Assembly (NCBI GenBank): GCA_964057225.1
Contig: OZ059897.1
Location: forward strand, 12,648,001-12,712,000
Origin: Auanema rhodensis
Lineage: Eukaryota; Animalia; Nematoda
Reading direction: 5' to 3'
Length of the DNA: 64,000 bases
Shown: one piece after another, positions 39,724 through 51,700 of the stretch
How positions within the stretch are numbered: the first letter of the stretch is position 1
Layout of the letters: the number at the start of each line of letters is the position of its first letter
Notes under the pieces: model-generated
Seen by the model: only the letters and a program-made list of their open reading frames with translations
What the model was told of the DNA's origin: nothing
Database searches by the model: none
Made by a program: the position numbers and the translations under genes

Positions 39724-42700
39724 ATGAAACAAGAAAATTACAAATCACGATGGAGGCCTCGATGGTCTTTGTCGACTTTCCTTATGTGTCTTCATTTAAT
39801 TTCTCCAATTCTAACAGCTGCTGATGGTAAGTTGTCCTTGAAATCTTTTGTGACTTAATGAGCCTATCATCATCAAATTATATTATCTTCGTTATAATTT
39901 ATATTCTACAGATTCCTATCAAAGCTATATTCAAGCTCTTGCATGTAAGTTTTTAACCAAAAAAGGTCAACTGAACTCTTTTGGAATCAAAAGCCAATTT
40001 CTTAGATGATTTTGTGCTATGTTTAGATGATTGATGTTATCTAAAAAATTTTTAAACCGTTTTTCAGAACATTTCATTCCAGGATAATATTTGCTCATAT
40101 CACTTTTTCAAACTTAATCTAAAATGTTATAGATCCAGCACGGCTTGTGGTTCGACCGGATTCTTCAATAGTTGTGGCTGAAAGCCGTATTTCGTTTTTC
40201 TGTAGAGCGGATGGAAATCCACTTCCATCAGTTGTTTGGAAGGTTAATTCTCAACCTGCTTCTGATATAAATAGGTTAATCCAAAATTTGTAGTAACTTC
40301 ACACTAGCTTACTTATTTTAGATTTATTATTAAATCATTACCCTCTGGGTTATCTACTTTACGCATTGAGCCAGTCCGACAATCGGACAATAATACAGTT
40401 GTATCATGTTCTGCAGATAACGGAGTTGCTAATCCTGTAGTTGCTGAAGCGATTTTAACAGTAATTCCTAGAGGTATTGCCTTCTTGCACTATATATAGT
40501 TGTCTTTTTTTCCTTTTTAGATGACACACCTCAAGGTTTTCCATATATAGATGGCCACCCCACTTTAAAATCCGTCGAGCAGGGTAGAACTGCACATGTA
40601 ACATGCAGAGTATGTTTTAAGTTTCATTAAAATTTTATTTCTTTTTTTATGATACTAAAAAGCATAAATAAAACATTTTAAAGTTTGATTGAAGCCCATC
40701 TTAATGATTAACTTTTCCTCAGGTGCATGGTGATCCAAGACCAAAAGTGCTATGGCTTCGAGATTTAGTGCCCATCGACATCAGGTCCGAAGGCAGATAT
40801 TCTTTATCAACAATGGGAAATCCAGGCAACAAATAATTTAGAAAAAATAAAATAAATTCTTACTTATTAAAGGAGCTCTAATGATTCAACAAGCTAAAGA
40901 GGAAGATCAAGGAAAGTACGAATGTGTTGCTCGAAATTCTCATGGAGTTGTTCATTCAAAAGCTGCTCATCTTTATGTGAAAGGTAAGACGATGTTCTAT
41001 GTGGAACATTCTAAGAAAAATAAAAAAGTACATAATATTTGAGTAAAAATGTTTAATATACATAGGATATGCAATGATTACTTAGCATACTTGTATGGAA
41101 ATAGCAATTGTTGCATATGAAATTGGATTAAGAGAATCTATGAATGAATGAGCAGAACATCACAATAACTTTGACCTTATATGCTATCTCATAGTATATA
41201 TACAAACCAGTTGTTGTATGAAATGCTCAGCCTGGTCTTTCATTTTAAACTTTTTTTTTCGTCTTTTTTGTGGTTTTGAAAGAAGTGCTTAATACATTAC
41301 GTGTGAGAAAGTCACTACAAAGTACTTGAAACATTTCAAAGATTTTTGAGCTAGAAAATCTGAAATTTCTGAACAAAGCGGAAATTCGGTTTGAACAGCA
41401 TTTAGAAGCTATCATCTTACTATATTATGTATAGATAAAAAGGAAGGAAAGAGACATCTGCACCCCGTCCATCTTTTATTTTCAAGAATTCCTTTCTCAA
41501 GTCGATTTGATGCTGTTTCTTCGAGTTCTTTAACTAAATTCATGTTTCATAATTTTTTATGTTTTAGTTATCACATAATACATATAATCATATTTTTTTA
41601 TTTGGAATCAACAGTTATTATTAGTGTTTTGCCGAAACTCTAAAGAAATACATGATGATGTTCATTTGTGAATGATTTGAACCAAATGTTTCTCTCGTGG
41701 TTTTACTCAAGATAGATTAATTGCTTTCTGAAAATATTTCATTGAGGTGAGAGGATGGAACAGCAATTTATTTGTTTTCCACTGTAAACTGCTTTAGAAT
41801 TTAATTTCTGTCAAACATCCATTCATTTCTTAAATATTTCTATCATCCAATCATATAATTGAACCTATTATAAGATGAGAAAACTTCTATGATATATGAA
41901 TGTAATTCATGGAAATTATTTTTTTTATGTTCTTCATTGATATATCTTGTTCATAAAGAAGTTGGCCGATATCGGAGAGAATGAAAGAATGTTCTCTTTT
42001 TTTTTAAAGCTTGAGGCGCTTTGTATTAGCCTCCGTTATCTCTTAGAACATATCGAAATAGTTCTTTCATGCTTATTTTAAGCAAATTTCTAATAAAAAA
42101 ATCGATGTATTCCCATTAATAGATTTAAACATTGAATTAAGAACTATTCTCTTTTCTTACGTTTAACTAAACAATGTATGTTATGTCGTTTAATGATTTG
42201 TAATACAAATGATGTCAGTTCAATCTGTATCTACAGATGTTACTTAAACATTATCTATTTCATTTCTTTTTCTATCGCCACACTGCACATTCACATAACT
42301 ATGAGATAGATGGTTGATGAGCTCTGGACACGGATGAATGGCTGAGAAAACTGCGGGAGTTCTCATTAAAAATAGAAGGAACATTTGTGCAATTTGCCGT
42401 CTGATATCTTCCTACTACTTCTTCATTTTCTTCACATTGCCTCCTGTTTCCCTTTTCCAACGTTTCTTACTACAACTCGTTGTTTCTCTCGTTGTCTCAT
42501 TGGACATCTGGGCTTTACGATGCTATTTCCACGGTTGACCGTTGATTCTACTGAACCTTTTTTATGTATTTCTCACCCTCCTCTCATACAATTACTTGCA
42601 TTTGTCTTCACTCACAGCTTAAAGATTCTGAATCGGAGTTGTGCGTCTGTATGAGTTACCGGCAACCGGACAATGAGGCTTTGTTTTGTATACGGAACAG

Positions 42701-45700
42701 CTTGATCCTATTGCCTGTACTCCATAATTTGTGACCGACATCACCGTCTGTCTTCCGGTTAATCCGGCACTCAAATGCACATTGCCGGTCAGTACTCTGT
42801 ACTATATACTATATCAGAGCTTAAAACCCTTTGTTATAGGAATAGATATTATATATTAGCTATCAGCCATTTACTGTGACATAAAAGTTTTTTAATTTTA
42901 GTCCCATGCTTTTCATTGGAATTTAGTTTTTCTACATCTGGCAATTAAACAGACCGACGAGACCCACCCAATTGGTCTTTAAGTGTGAAGATGAGTCAGA
43001 TTCTTCCAAACTTTATGTTTCGTTTTAAAACTTTCTTTCACATCGTAAAAGCTGGATTTTGTATCTCAAGAAGATATACAGATAGGCTTACCAGCTGAGA
43101 CATAGTTCAACCAGCTTCTTTAACCTTCTATACAACATTCAAATATAACGTAGATGTTTATGCTAATTAAATAGATGCCTACGTGAATCGATACGTGCAA
43201 GAATATAATGAATATAATACTTCATTGATGAAGAACGGTTATGAATCTCACCTAATTTTACCTTCAAATCTCTTTTTTGCTTTATCCTCTCTTTATCTCT
43301 CTCGTTTCTCTCTCAAATTTTCATATTTGGTTTTCATATTCACATGCAACTATTGATTTACTTTACTTATACACTATTTTAAATCTTTTCTTGATCTATC
43401 TCTTCTGATACAATCGCATAGGTTTCGGATGCTCATGAATGTATTTATTCCGTGGCTACTTTCATTATCGCTTCGCTGCGATTCCTTTTATAGCCAACAA
43501 ATATCCTTTTCTTCATCTTACTCTTTTCATATTCTTTTTCCTATGATCCATCAACAACGCAACTTTAATTATTCGTCTTCCGCTTCTTCCTATCCTATTT
43601 TTTATAAGCAAACTAGCTCGTCATATTTTTTTTGCCATCAGCGTATACTTTTCTCATCATAATATTCCAAGTTCTCTCAAAAAAAATTCGTTTTCTTTTC
43701 GGGATATTTTCTGATTTCTAGCCTCATACATACTCCTATGAATACTACAACTTACTTATGTTCTTGCATCCAATAGCCTGTCATACATCTAGTTATTTAG
43801 TTTAGTAACGATGTTATTAAACTTATCATTTAAGCATTTTTTTGAAATTATTAATGGGCCGCATGGCATTATCTTGATATTGTTCTGAAATAAAATTTAA
43901 AATGCCCGTTTACACTTTTTTCTATCTCTTTTTCTTTTTTTTTGATTGAATTCCTAAGTAGAACTTTCAAGAATTGCTTATATCCATTCATCTTGGAGTT
44001 ACTCTAAATGGCCACCCTCAAAACTTTAAACTGGAAGTGGTCATAGCTAAATGAAAGCTTAAAGGGTTCTTTGCATGAACCTATTCCATTACGTAATGAA
44101 TACATGTTGTGCTCATTCATCTGTCGTGGATGACAATGTGCCAAGCTGAGAAAACCATCTATTATGTTTTTTAAGAAAAAAAGCAGAGGTTTTTTCTTTC
44201 TTCTTGGATTTTAAAATTATCTTAATTTCATGAAATTATTTATAATATTTGTGTTCATTTAGATTCTTTACTGAATTTTAAAGTAAAAGTCGAATGTGTA
44301 ATATGCTGCTTCTTCAAATAGCAAATAGCCAACTGGCTTCTCTGCAAGTGAGTGTCCATGTGTGGCCTCTCAACATTCGGCAATGACCTCTCTGTCTCTC
44401 TTTACATCTCTTGTTCTGACAATTTCGAGATGAATAAGCCAAAAAAGGATAAAATCTCATCGAAATTCTTTTATTGTTATTCCGCTTGTTCATAATTTTC
44501 ATTTTGACATGTTTGTCAAATTTTTTTTTATATCGAAAATGGCTTCAATGCCATACTATGGACACATGTCGAGAAAAGCTGACCTTATCTTCCAAAATAT
44601 TTTGTGAACAATTAACTATTATATTGCTCTAATATATCGTTTATACAATTCTTCAACATCCGCATAGCTAATTGCTCAAAATTATTGACGACATAATTGT
44701 TTTGACGGATTAGAGATGATCATCTCTAGAGGCTCGTTGGTAGCTTCTTCTGCTAATAACATTAGAATCAGTCAAGTTTATATTCTCGAAGGACGAGGAT
44801 CTCTTACTTGGCATATTATCCGACAAAACGGATTCGTTAAAGCTCATAATGATTGTCGTCACTTGATGTACTATGTCATGGTGAACTTCAATACTCTCCT
44901 ATTTCATATTTCTCTAAATTTTCTTTCTCATATTCTCATTTATAGTAAATGTGAAAAAAATCTTTAAATTTTTTTTTTGAACTTTATATAGCTGAATCCT
45001 TTCTATTTACTTCTCCTAGCAACCTTGTTTTTCTACTAATTTTTTTAATTTTGTTTGTTTGTTAACTCGTCAGTTTTATTTGTAAATTATTTTTTTCAAA
45101 ATATACAGAGATATGCTACGCTAATGGTTTCACTCCAATTTTTCGTTTTACTACTGTCCTCTGTGGACAGTATTTCATTTTTGGGAAATACTATTCCTTT
45201 ACATTTATTTGTTAATTTGGATACAAATATAACTGTTGAGCCAACAGAATATCCTCCAGGTTTGAATTGTAAAACTTAGAACTTGTAAGATAAAACAACC
45301 AAATGATTTAATTACAAGTATGCTCAGTATTATATATATTTGAAAGAATATTAGTTGGTTTAGTAGTTATTACTTATAAAGATTAATGTAAAATACATTT
45401 GATCAAATAAGCATTACGCTAAAATGTTTTAAAAAATTTGATAATTCATTAAAAACATACTAATTCAGATAATTTAAGCTAAAAAATTTATTAGTTTTAA
45501 CAAATAAAAAAATTATAATTTTAAAATATTTTTTTCAGTACGGAGAGTGCCACCTTATTTTTCTATGAAACTCAATCCAATTTACGCTGTTGGAATGGGT
45601 GGAAGTGTGAATCTGACATGTGTAGCCGTTGGCTACCCAATGCCTAGAGTATTCTGGAAGAAAAGTGATGATGGTTCGTTTTTTCTAAAAGTTTTAAAAT

Positions 45701-48700
45701 TCAAAATCTCAATTTTTCAGTTGCATTAGATGACCCAGCAACAGCTCCAATAGGCAAAAACGTTCTTTCTCTTTCTAATATCGAATCTACTGAAAATTTT
45801 ACTTGCGTGGCTGTTAGTAAATTGGGAAATATTGAAACGACTACAACTGTTATAGTAAAAGGTTTATTTGCTTGTTTTCGAATAATTTATTAGTATATTA
45901 TATTTAGATTTGCCACTCGCACCTAAAAATTTCCAAATTATATCTGTTTCACATGATAGTGTTACACTTAGCTGGTCTCAGCCAAAAACTGAGGAACCAA
46001 TTTTGAACTTTCTTATTAAATATCAACAAAAGTAAGTTTTCTAATATTGCTTTTAAGATTTTTATAAAATCAAGAAAAATTCAAAGATAAAATAACTATT
46101 TTTCTTTATTAATAATATATTTTTACCATTTATTTATATTCAAGGTCTAAATCTGTTACAAATCTTTCAAATGCTCAGTAAGTAACTGTAGTCTTGTATA
46201 TTGTTGTTGAAAGAACATTAATAAAATAAATTTTTAGTTTAATCATTGAGCGTTTCAGATATGCTTCTTCGTCATCAGTCCGTGAAAAAATTGTCGAACC
46301 TGAAGCTACATCAGTTACAATATCTGGACTTGAGGCATATCAAGTATGAATAGACTAATCTCGTTAATTACTAATATATTTGTTACAGCTTTATGAATTT
46401 ACAATTTATACTATAAGTGATGTTGGTCCAGGAATTGGATCTATTCCGAAGGAAGCTGAAACAGAAGAAGCCTCGCCAGCTTCTCCTCCTATCAAAGTAC
46501 AGGCTCGAAGCTTGAGTCGTGATTCACTTCTCGTTCAATGGTCACCATCTGAAAGACCAAATGGATTAATTACTGGATATAAAATATATTTTACGGATTT
46601 AGAATCGTCGTTACCTGTAGATAAATGGAAAAACGTAATCAACAAAACAAAATATATGAATTTAAAATTAATTTTAGCAAGAGACCAAGTCTGATGAATT
46701 AATGGCTACATTGTATAACTTAAATGTTGACCAGAAATATTATATTCATGTTCAAGCTTTCAATTCCAAAGGAAAAAGTCCACTCAGTTCATTAATAACT
46801 GTATCTACTATATATGGATGTAATACATTAAACTACGTCATTAAAATATTTGATTAAAATAACATTTAGTGCCAGCACAACCTCCTAATCTAGCAGCTAA
46901 GGTTCTTGATGCACGTAGAGTGCAACTGACATGGAGTAAGCCATTACATTCAAGTCCTGTTACTGGTATGCTATATATATATATTTTAAAAAAAATTTTT
47001 AATTTTAAGGTTATATGATACACTATAATGATACTGATGGTGAAAAGGAAATTACATTGACATCTCCCTATGAAAAACATCTTGTTACTGGATTAGAAGC
47101 CAATTCAAACTATGCTTTCCGGTTTGTGTTGAAATTGAAACAGCTTTTACGAGTAGTTATGCAGAGTTTCCGCGAGATCGAGCAGAGGATTTGGTGAATT
47201 TAGTGAATCAGTGACTGTGAAAACCAAAGAAGATGGTAAGTTATAAGCACGCGACTCAATTTTCACATTTCCGCTAGTATTGCTTTTTCCTCTATTCAAT
47301 ATTGTGTTGTATTTGTGTTGTGCTTTCAGCATTTACTGGTCCACCCCTTTTAAAATCAGTTGAAGCTTTATCAGCTTCCGTTTTGCGTGTCATGTGGTTA
47401 CCACCAGAGGAACATGAGTACAATTTGACAAGCTATCGCTTAAGCTATCGTATTATTCCTACCACGAATTCCACACGAAGACGGTACACTTCCTCGGAAG
47501 CTGAAGATGAAGATGACGACGAGGACGAAGAAAATGTAAAGCTTCAATCATTAAAACTGGGCTGGCAATATGTGATTGTGTCTGCAAATCATACTGAATA
47601 TGATTTAACTGAGTTGATTAGTTATTCGTTGTATGAAGTTCGAGTATCAGCTGCTACTACTTCTGGTTATGGACCGGAAAGCCTGAGCTTACGCATGAGC
47701 ACCCATGAAGATGGTTCGTATTCGTTTTTTATTTTAAATATTTCAGATGGAGTTGAAACTCGTTTGGATGGTAAGTTGATATTGTTGTGGTTGTTGACAG
47801 AAAACGATATTTACAAAAATGAAAAAAAATTATCCGAGATCTCTGAAAATCTGGTATTCTAGATATTATTACAACATGTATTAGCTATAAATTATAGTCT
47901 TTATATCAGTAGAATCTAAAAAAAAAACTTGAGTGAAAGGTTAAGAGAGAAAAAATTGATAATAAATATCACAATTGGTTCACTCCCGTGTTGTTCTAAA
48001 TCGAAATCAAAGAATTTAATGTAAATGCATGAGCATGATTGCTTCAGAGCTTCATTTTAAATAATGCTCACATCGGACGGTTGTGTTCTTCACCTCTCTA
48101 CCTCCTTCTTCTCAATAGGCTTGCGTTCTATCTCCGTCTTTGCTTTCTTCCTCTAGCAGTCTTGTCTTGCTCTACCTCATCTATTCCGTTTCCCCCTATT
48201 TCTATCATTCGACCTAGTCAAAGTCAATTCAACAGAAACACTTTAGCCTCAGTTGCAATTGATGTAACTAATTGCTTTTATGTCTCAATGGTTGGATTTC
48301 TCTCTTTGACAGACAGCCCCAAACTAGAGCACACTAGCTCTTGTAGTACGTGAATGTCGCTCTCTTAACTTCATCGAATGGCTGGATTATGCAAATTATG
48401 CTGGACATAGGCTAGTTTGTCCGTTTTTAATCCTTCTCCATCTTTTCTCGAGCGACAACGTGTGCATAAACCTCGAAGAATGAATAAGATCCGTCTATCT
48501 CCCCCACCCGCTCTATTGCCTATCTCTCGTTCAGAATAATTTGCTTCTCTCTATTTCTTTATACCTCTTTGCCCAACCAATTCGACAATTTTCCGTTTCA
48601 CGTTCTTTATGAAAATAATTCCAAAAATCGAAAAGGATTCAGTTTGTACAAAGAGAGATAGAAATTTGAAAAAGAAGAGGTAAAGTAAATCGGATAACAA

Positions 48701-51700
48701 ACCGGCCACCAGTTCGAAAAACAGAACTTGTTTTGCTTTTGACCACTATCAGAGTCCTCATCTTGTGAGCATAATGATTGTCATGTCTGTTGTAGGCAAA
48801 CAGTAGCAGAGGGAGATAATACTATCCAATAAATCAGTCAACTAATTAGTCCATATAGCAACTGTCTATTGTTAGTTAGGTCATACTCATGTAATGAGAA
48901 GCATCATAGAAGCATGTGTTATATGGCCCGAGTTATGCTTAATTCAGTGTTCAGTTCATCTTATTCTTCTATTATTCTGTTCTCATGTATATTGTGTTGT
49001 ATAAGATTGTCGTAATGAGCTCTATTCCCAATGGACTAGATAGTTACTCTTGTTTCACACGAATATGTACATATCTTCGCTCACTATTTCTTATAAACTT
49101 CTCATCACCCATTAAGCATAATCGTGCAAATGCTCGATGCATATATATACAGAGTTAGGATCATTAGTGGGAATAAATGGAAGTTTGTTTGTTGACTAAC
49201 TGAGTGTGCAGTCAACGAACACTTCCAGTTTTTTTCTTTTTGGCATCCTTCCTCTTGCATCCTATCCTATCTTTTTCTCTATGTGTCCATTTATCTCTCT
49301 TTACGTTCTTACTTTCGCTCATTCTTCTTACTCCATACTCATGACTCAGTCTAAAAGAGAATGTTGACCCAGCTTTCTCTCTGTATTCCCTTGAGGCTAA
49401 TGGCCGCCCAGCTTCGGTCCGTAGTATTGACCTTGAATCCAGATAATATTAGCTGCTGTTTCTAGTGCCAATTAGCCTTTCCTCGTTTCTCTTGCTCAGC
49501 CTTTGCGTTTTCTCCTAACCTTATACGCTCTCTCTAACTTCGTACATTCTCTCACTCGCATTCTCCTCACCCTCTCTTTTCATTCTACTTTCTTCATCCG
49601 CCTTTATCTCTCAGACTCGGCCCGTGTTCTTTCGATTCCTTCTTCTTCTCCGTCTCCTTTCTGAGCAATGTCCACTAGGCTCCTATGACGATGGCTACGG
49701 CCATCGGCGATCTTTCTCCTTCCTTTGACTCGTTTTCTCTTAACACTATTCTTCATCTACTCTTTTACTTCTTTACTCCCATACTCGTCGATATCAAATA
49801 GTGTTTCACTCCCATATGGCTGAAAGCACCACTCTTACTCACACTGACATCTCAGAGAGATATTCTTCAAAGCAAAGTGATGGAATAAGAGAGAATGAAA
49901 GAAATATAGGAAGACACATTGGTCTTCTCTCAATTTCCATTTATCCCCTCTCTCTTACTTCTTTATAGCTCTATAGAATCAAGAGTACACATGGTCATTT
50001 TATATAGCAGTACTTCTGAGCTAAAAATAATTTTAGAATCTAGCTTTTCAGCTTTCATATATAATATATATATATATATATATCCCTTTCTCCCTCTACC
50101 ACTTCGCTCACTTTGTTCTTTTCTTTTCTTCTGGGTGACTTTTCCGAATAGACAATTCGTCGTTGTCATCCCCTTAAGTCAGAGAAAACTTTCCTCAGTT
50201 CTTCTTCATATTGGTCTTTTGTGTCCCTTATATTGTTCCTTTTTTTCCTAAAGTGAAAATATTCCTGAAAAAAGAAAATCTAGCTAAAATGTTGAAATTA
50301 TTATTCGAATGAACACATGTTCTGTTAAAAATGCAAAAGCTGTTTTCCGATCTCTTCCATTTTCATTTATCTTCCTTTCTCTATCTTTGTCTGCTCCTTC
50401 CGTATCCTCTTTTTGACGTCCATCTATAGTATTCTAATCTCCTGTTGTATCGCAGATATTCCATCTCTCTGTTTTCTACTGTCAGTCATATATTTAAAAG
50501 GCAATAGATTCATTTCTCAGTCATTCACGAGATAGTCCATCAATAATTTGTGAGCCAACCAATTTACTCATGAACCATCCTCTCTTTCTTTCTTTCGTGT
50601 ATTCAGTTGAAACACGGAATTGTGTTAATCGATATACATATGTATAAGTATATATGGCTATCTCATGTATGTATCTCATACCCTATAAAAGGTATACTTT
50701 AGTCTGATTGCATATGTACAAGTGCTCACTTAAGATTCTGGCCATCATCCTGTAACAACGATTCATTTTCACATCTGGCTTCTTTTTTCTCTCAGCTTCC
50801 TCATTGTTTATTCCGTCCTCTCCCTCATCCTTGATATCATTTAGCTCTTATGATGCTGCTCCAACTCATATCCATTTGCTCGGAAGTACAAGCTATATGT
50901 GCTTGTTTTGTGCCATTTATCCATATGGTCATAGCGGACAGATTGCTGATCGTTCACATCACGATCAGATCATCTGTATGTCAGAGCAGTTCATTGTTTC
51001 TATTATTCTTTTAGCCGCAACAAGAATATAATTTAAATGATAATCTATAAAGATCGTCATCGCTCGGCAACACACAAATTCTGTATTGTGAGAAGTAGTC
51101 GATATTCATACATATGTTGGTACTTTCTGCATAGTATATACATATATGCATATGCCTGTACGAATATACCAACCATTTGTCCTGATCAACTCTGTATTTG
51201 TGTATTATTATATACATTTGTATGTATGTTCCTTCGCTGTTCAATCATACTTATTCTCCTAAATTCGTCAGCAATCAACACATATTTTTCATCTTATTCC
51301 TATTTTCACAAATCTTCATTCCATTACGCATATTTCATTTTTCCCAGACATTTTTCTCTGTTTAAAAACATCAGTTGCTCTTCTTTTCCCCTCGATTAGC
51401 CAAAGACTTACTGCAGCTCCAACCTCTTCTGCGAGGTTGCAACCACAATGCAAATGACGAAGCAGCATCAGCAAAAGTCTGTTTCGAAATTAGACCATCG
51501 TTCAAGCAGATTTAAGAGAAAACGAGAGTAATTACATGGCGATAAATTCAGCACAACTACGACAGAACTTGAGTAAACGACAATGTTTCGCTCACGTTCT
51601 CTGTTTTTTCTTCTCTTCTTAACTTTGTGCGATCTTTATCGAAAGATGTTATGCACGACAATGTTGAAATCAACTGACGACAGCAGCGTTAGGCTTTATT

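Noticed and set aside
40068-40082. 15-nt micro-exon after TTTTCAG in ptp-3 intron 1
   Set aside because: It would need a GA donor, and read-through stops immediately.
42338-42538. Hydrophobic ORF with a possible phase-1 donor
   Set aside because: Weak donor (GTTGAC); the hydrophobicity is expected from T-rich intron sequence.
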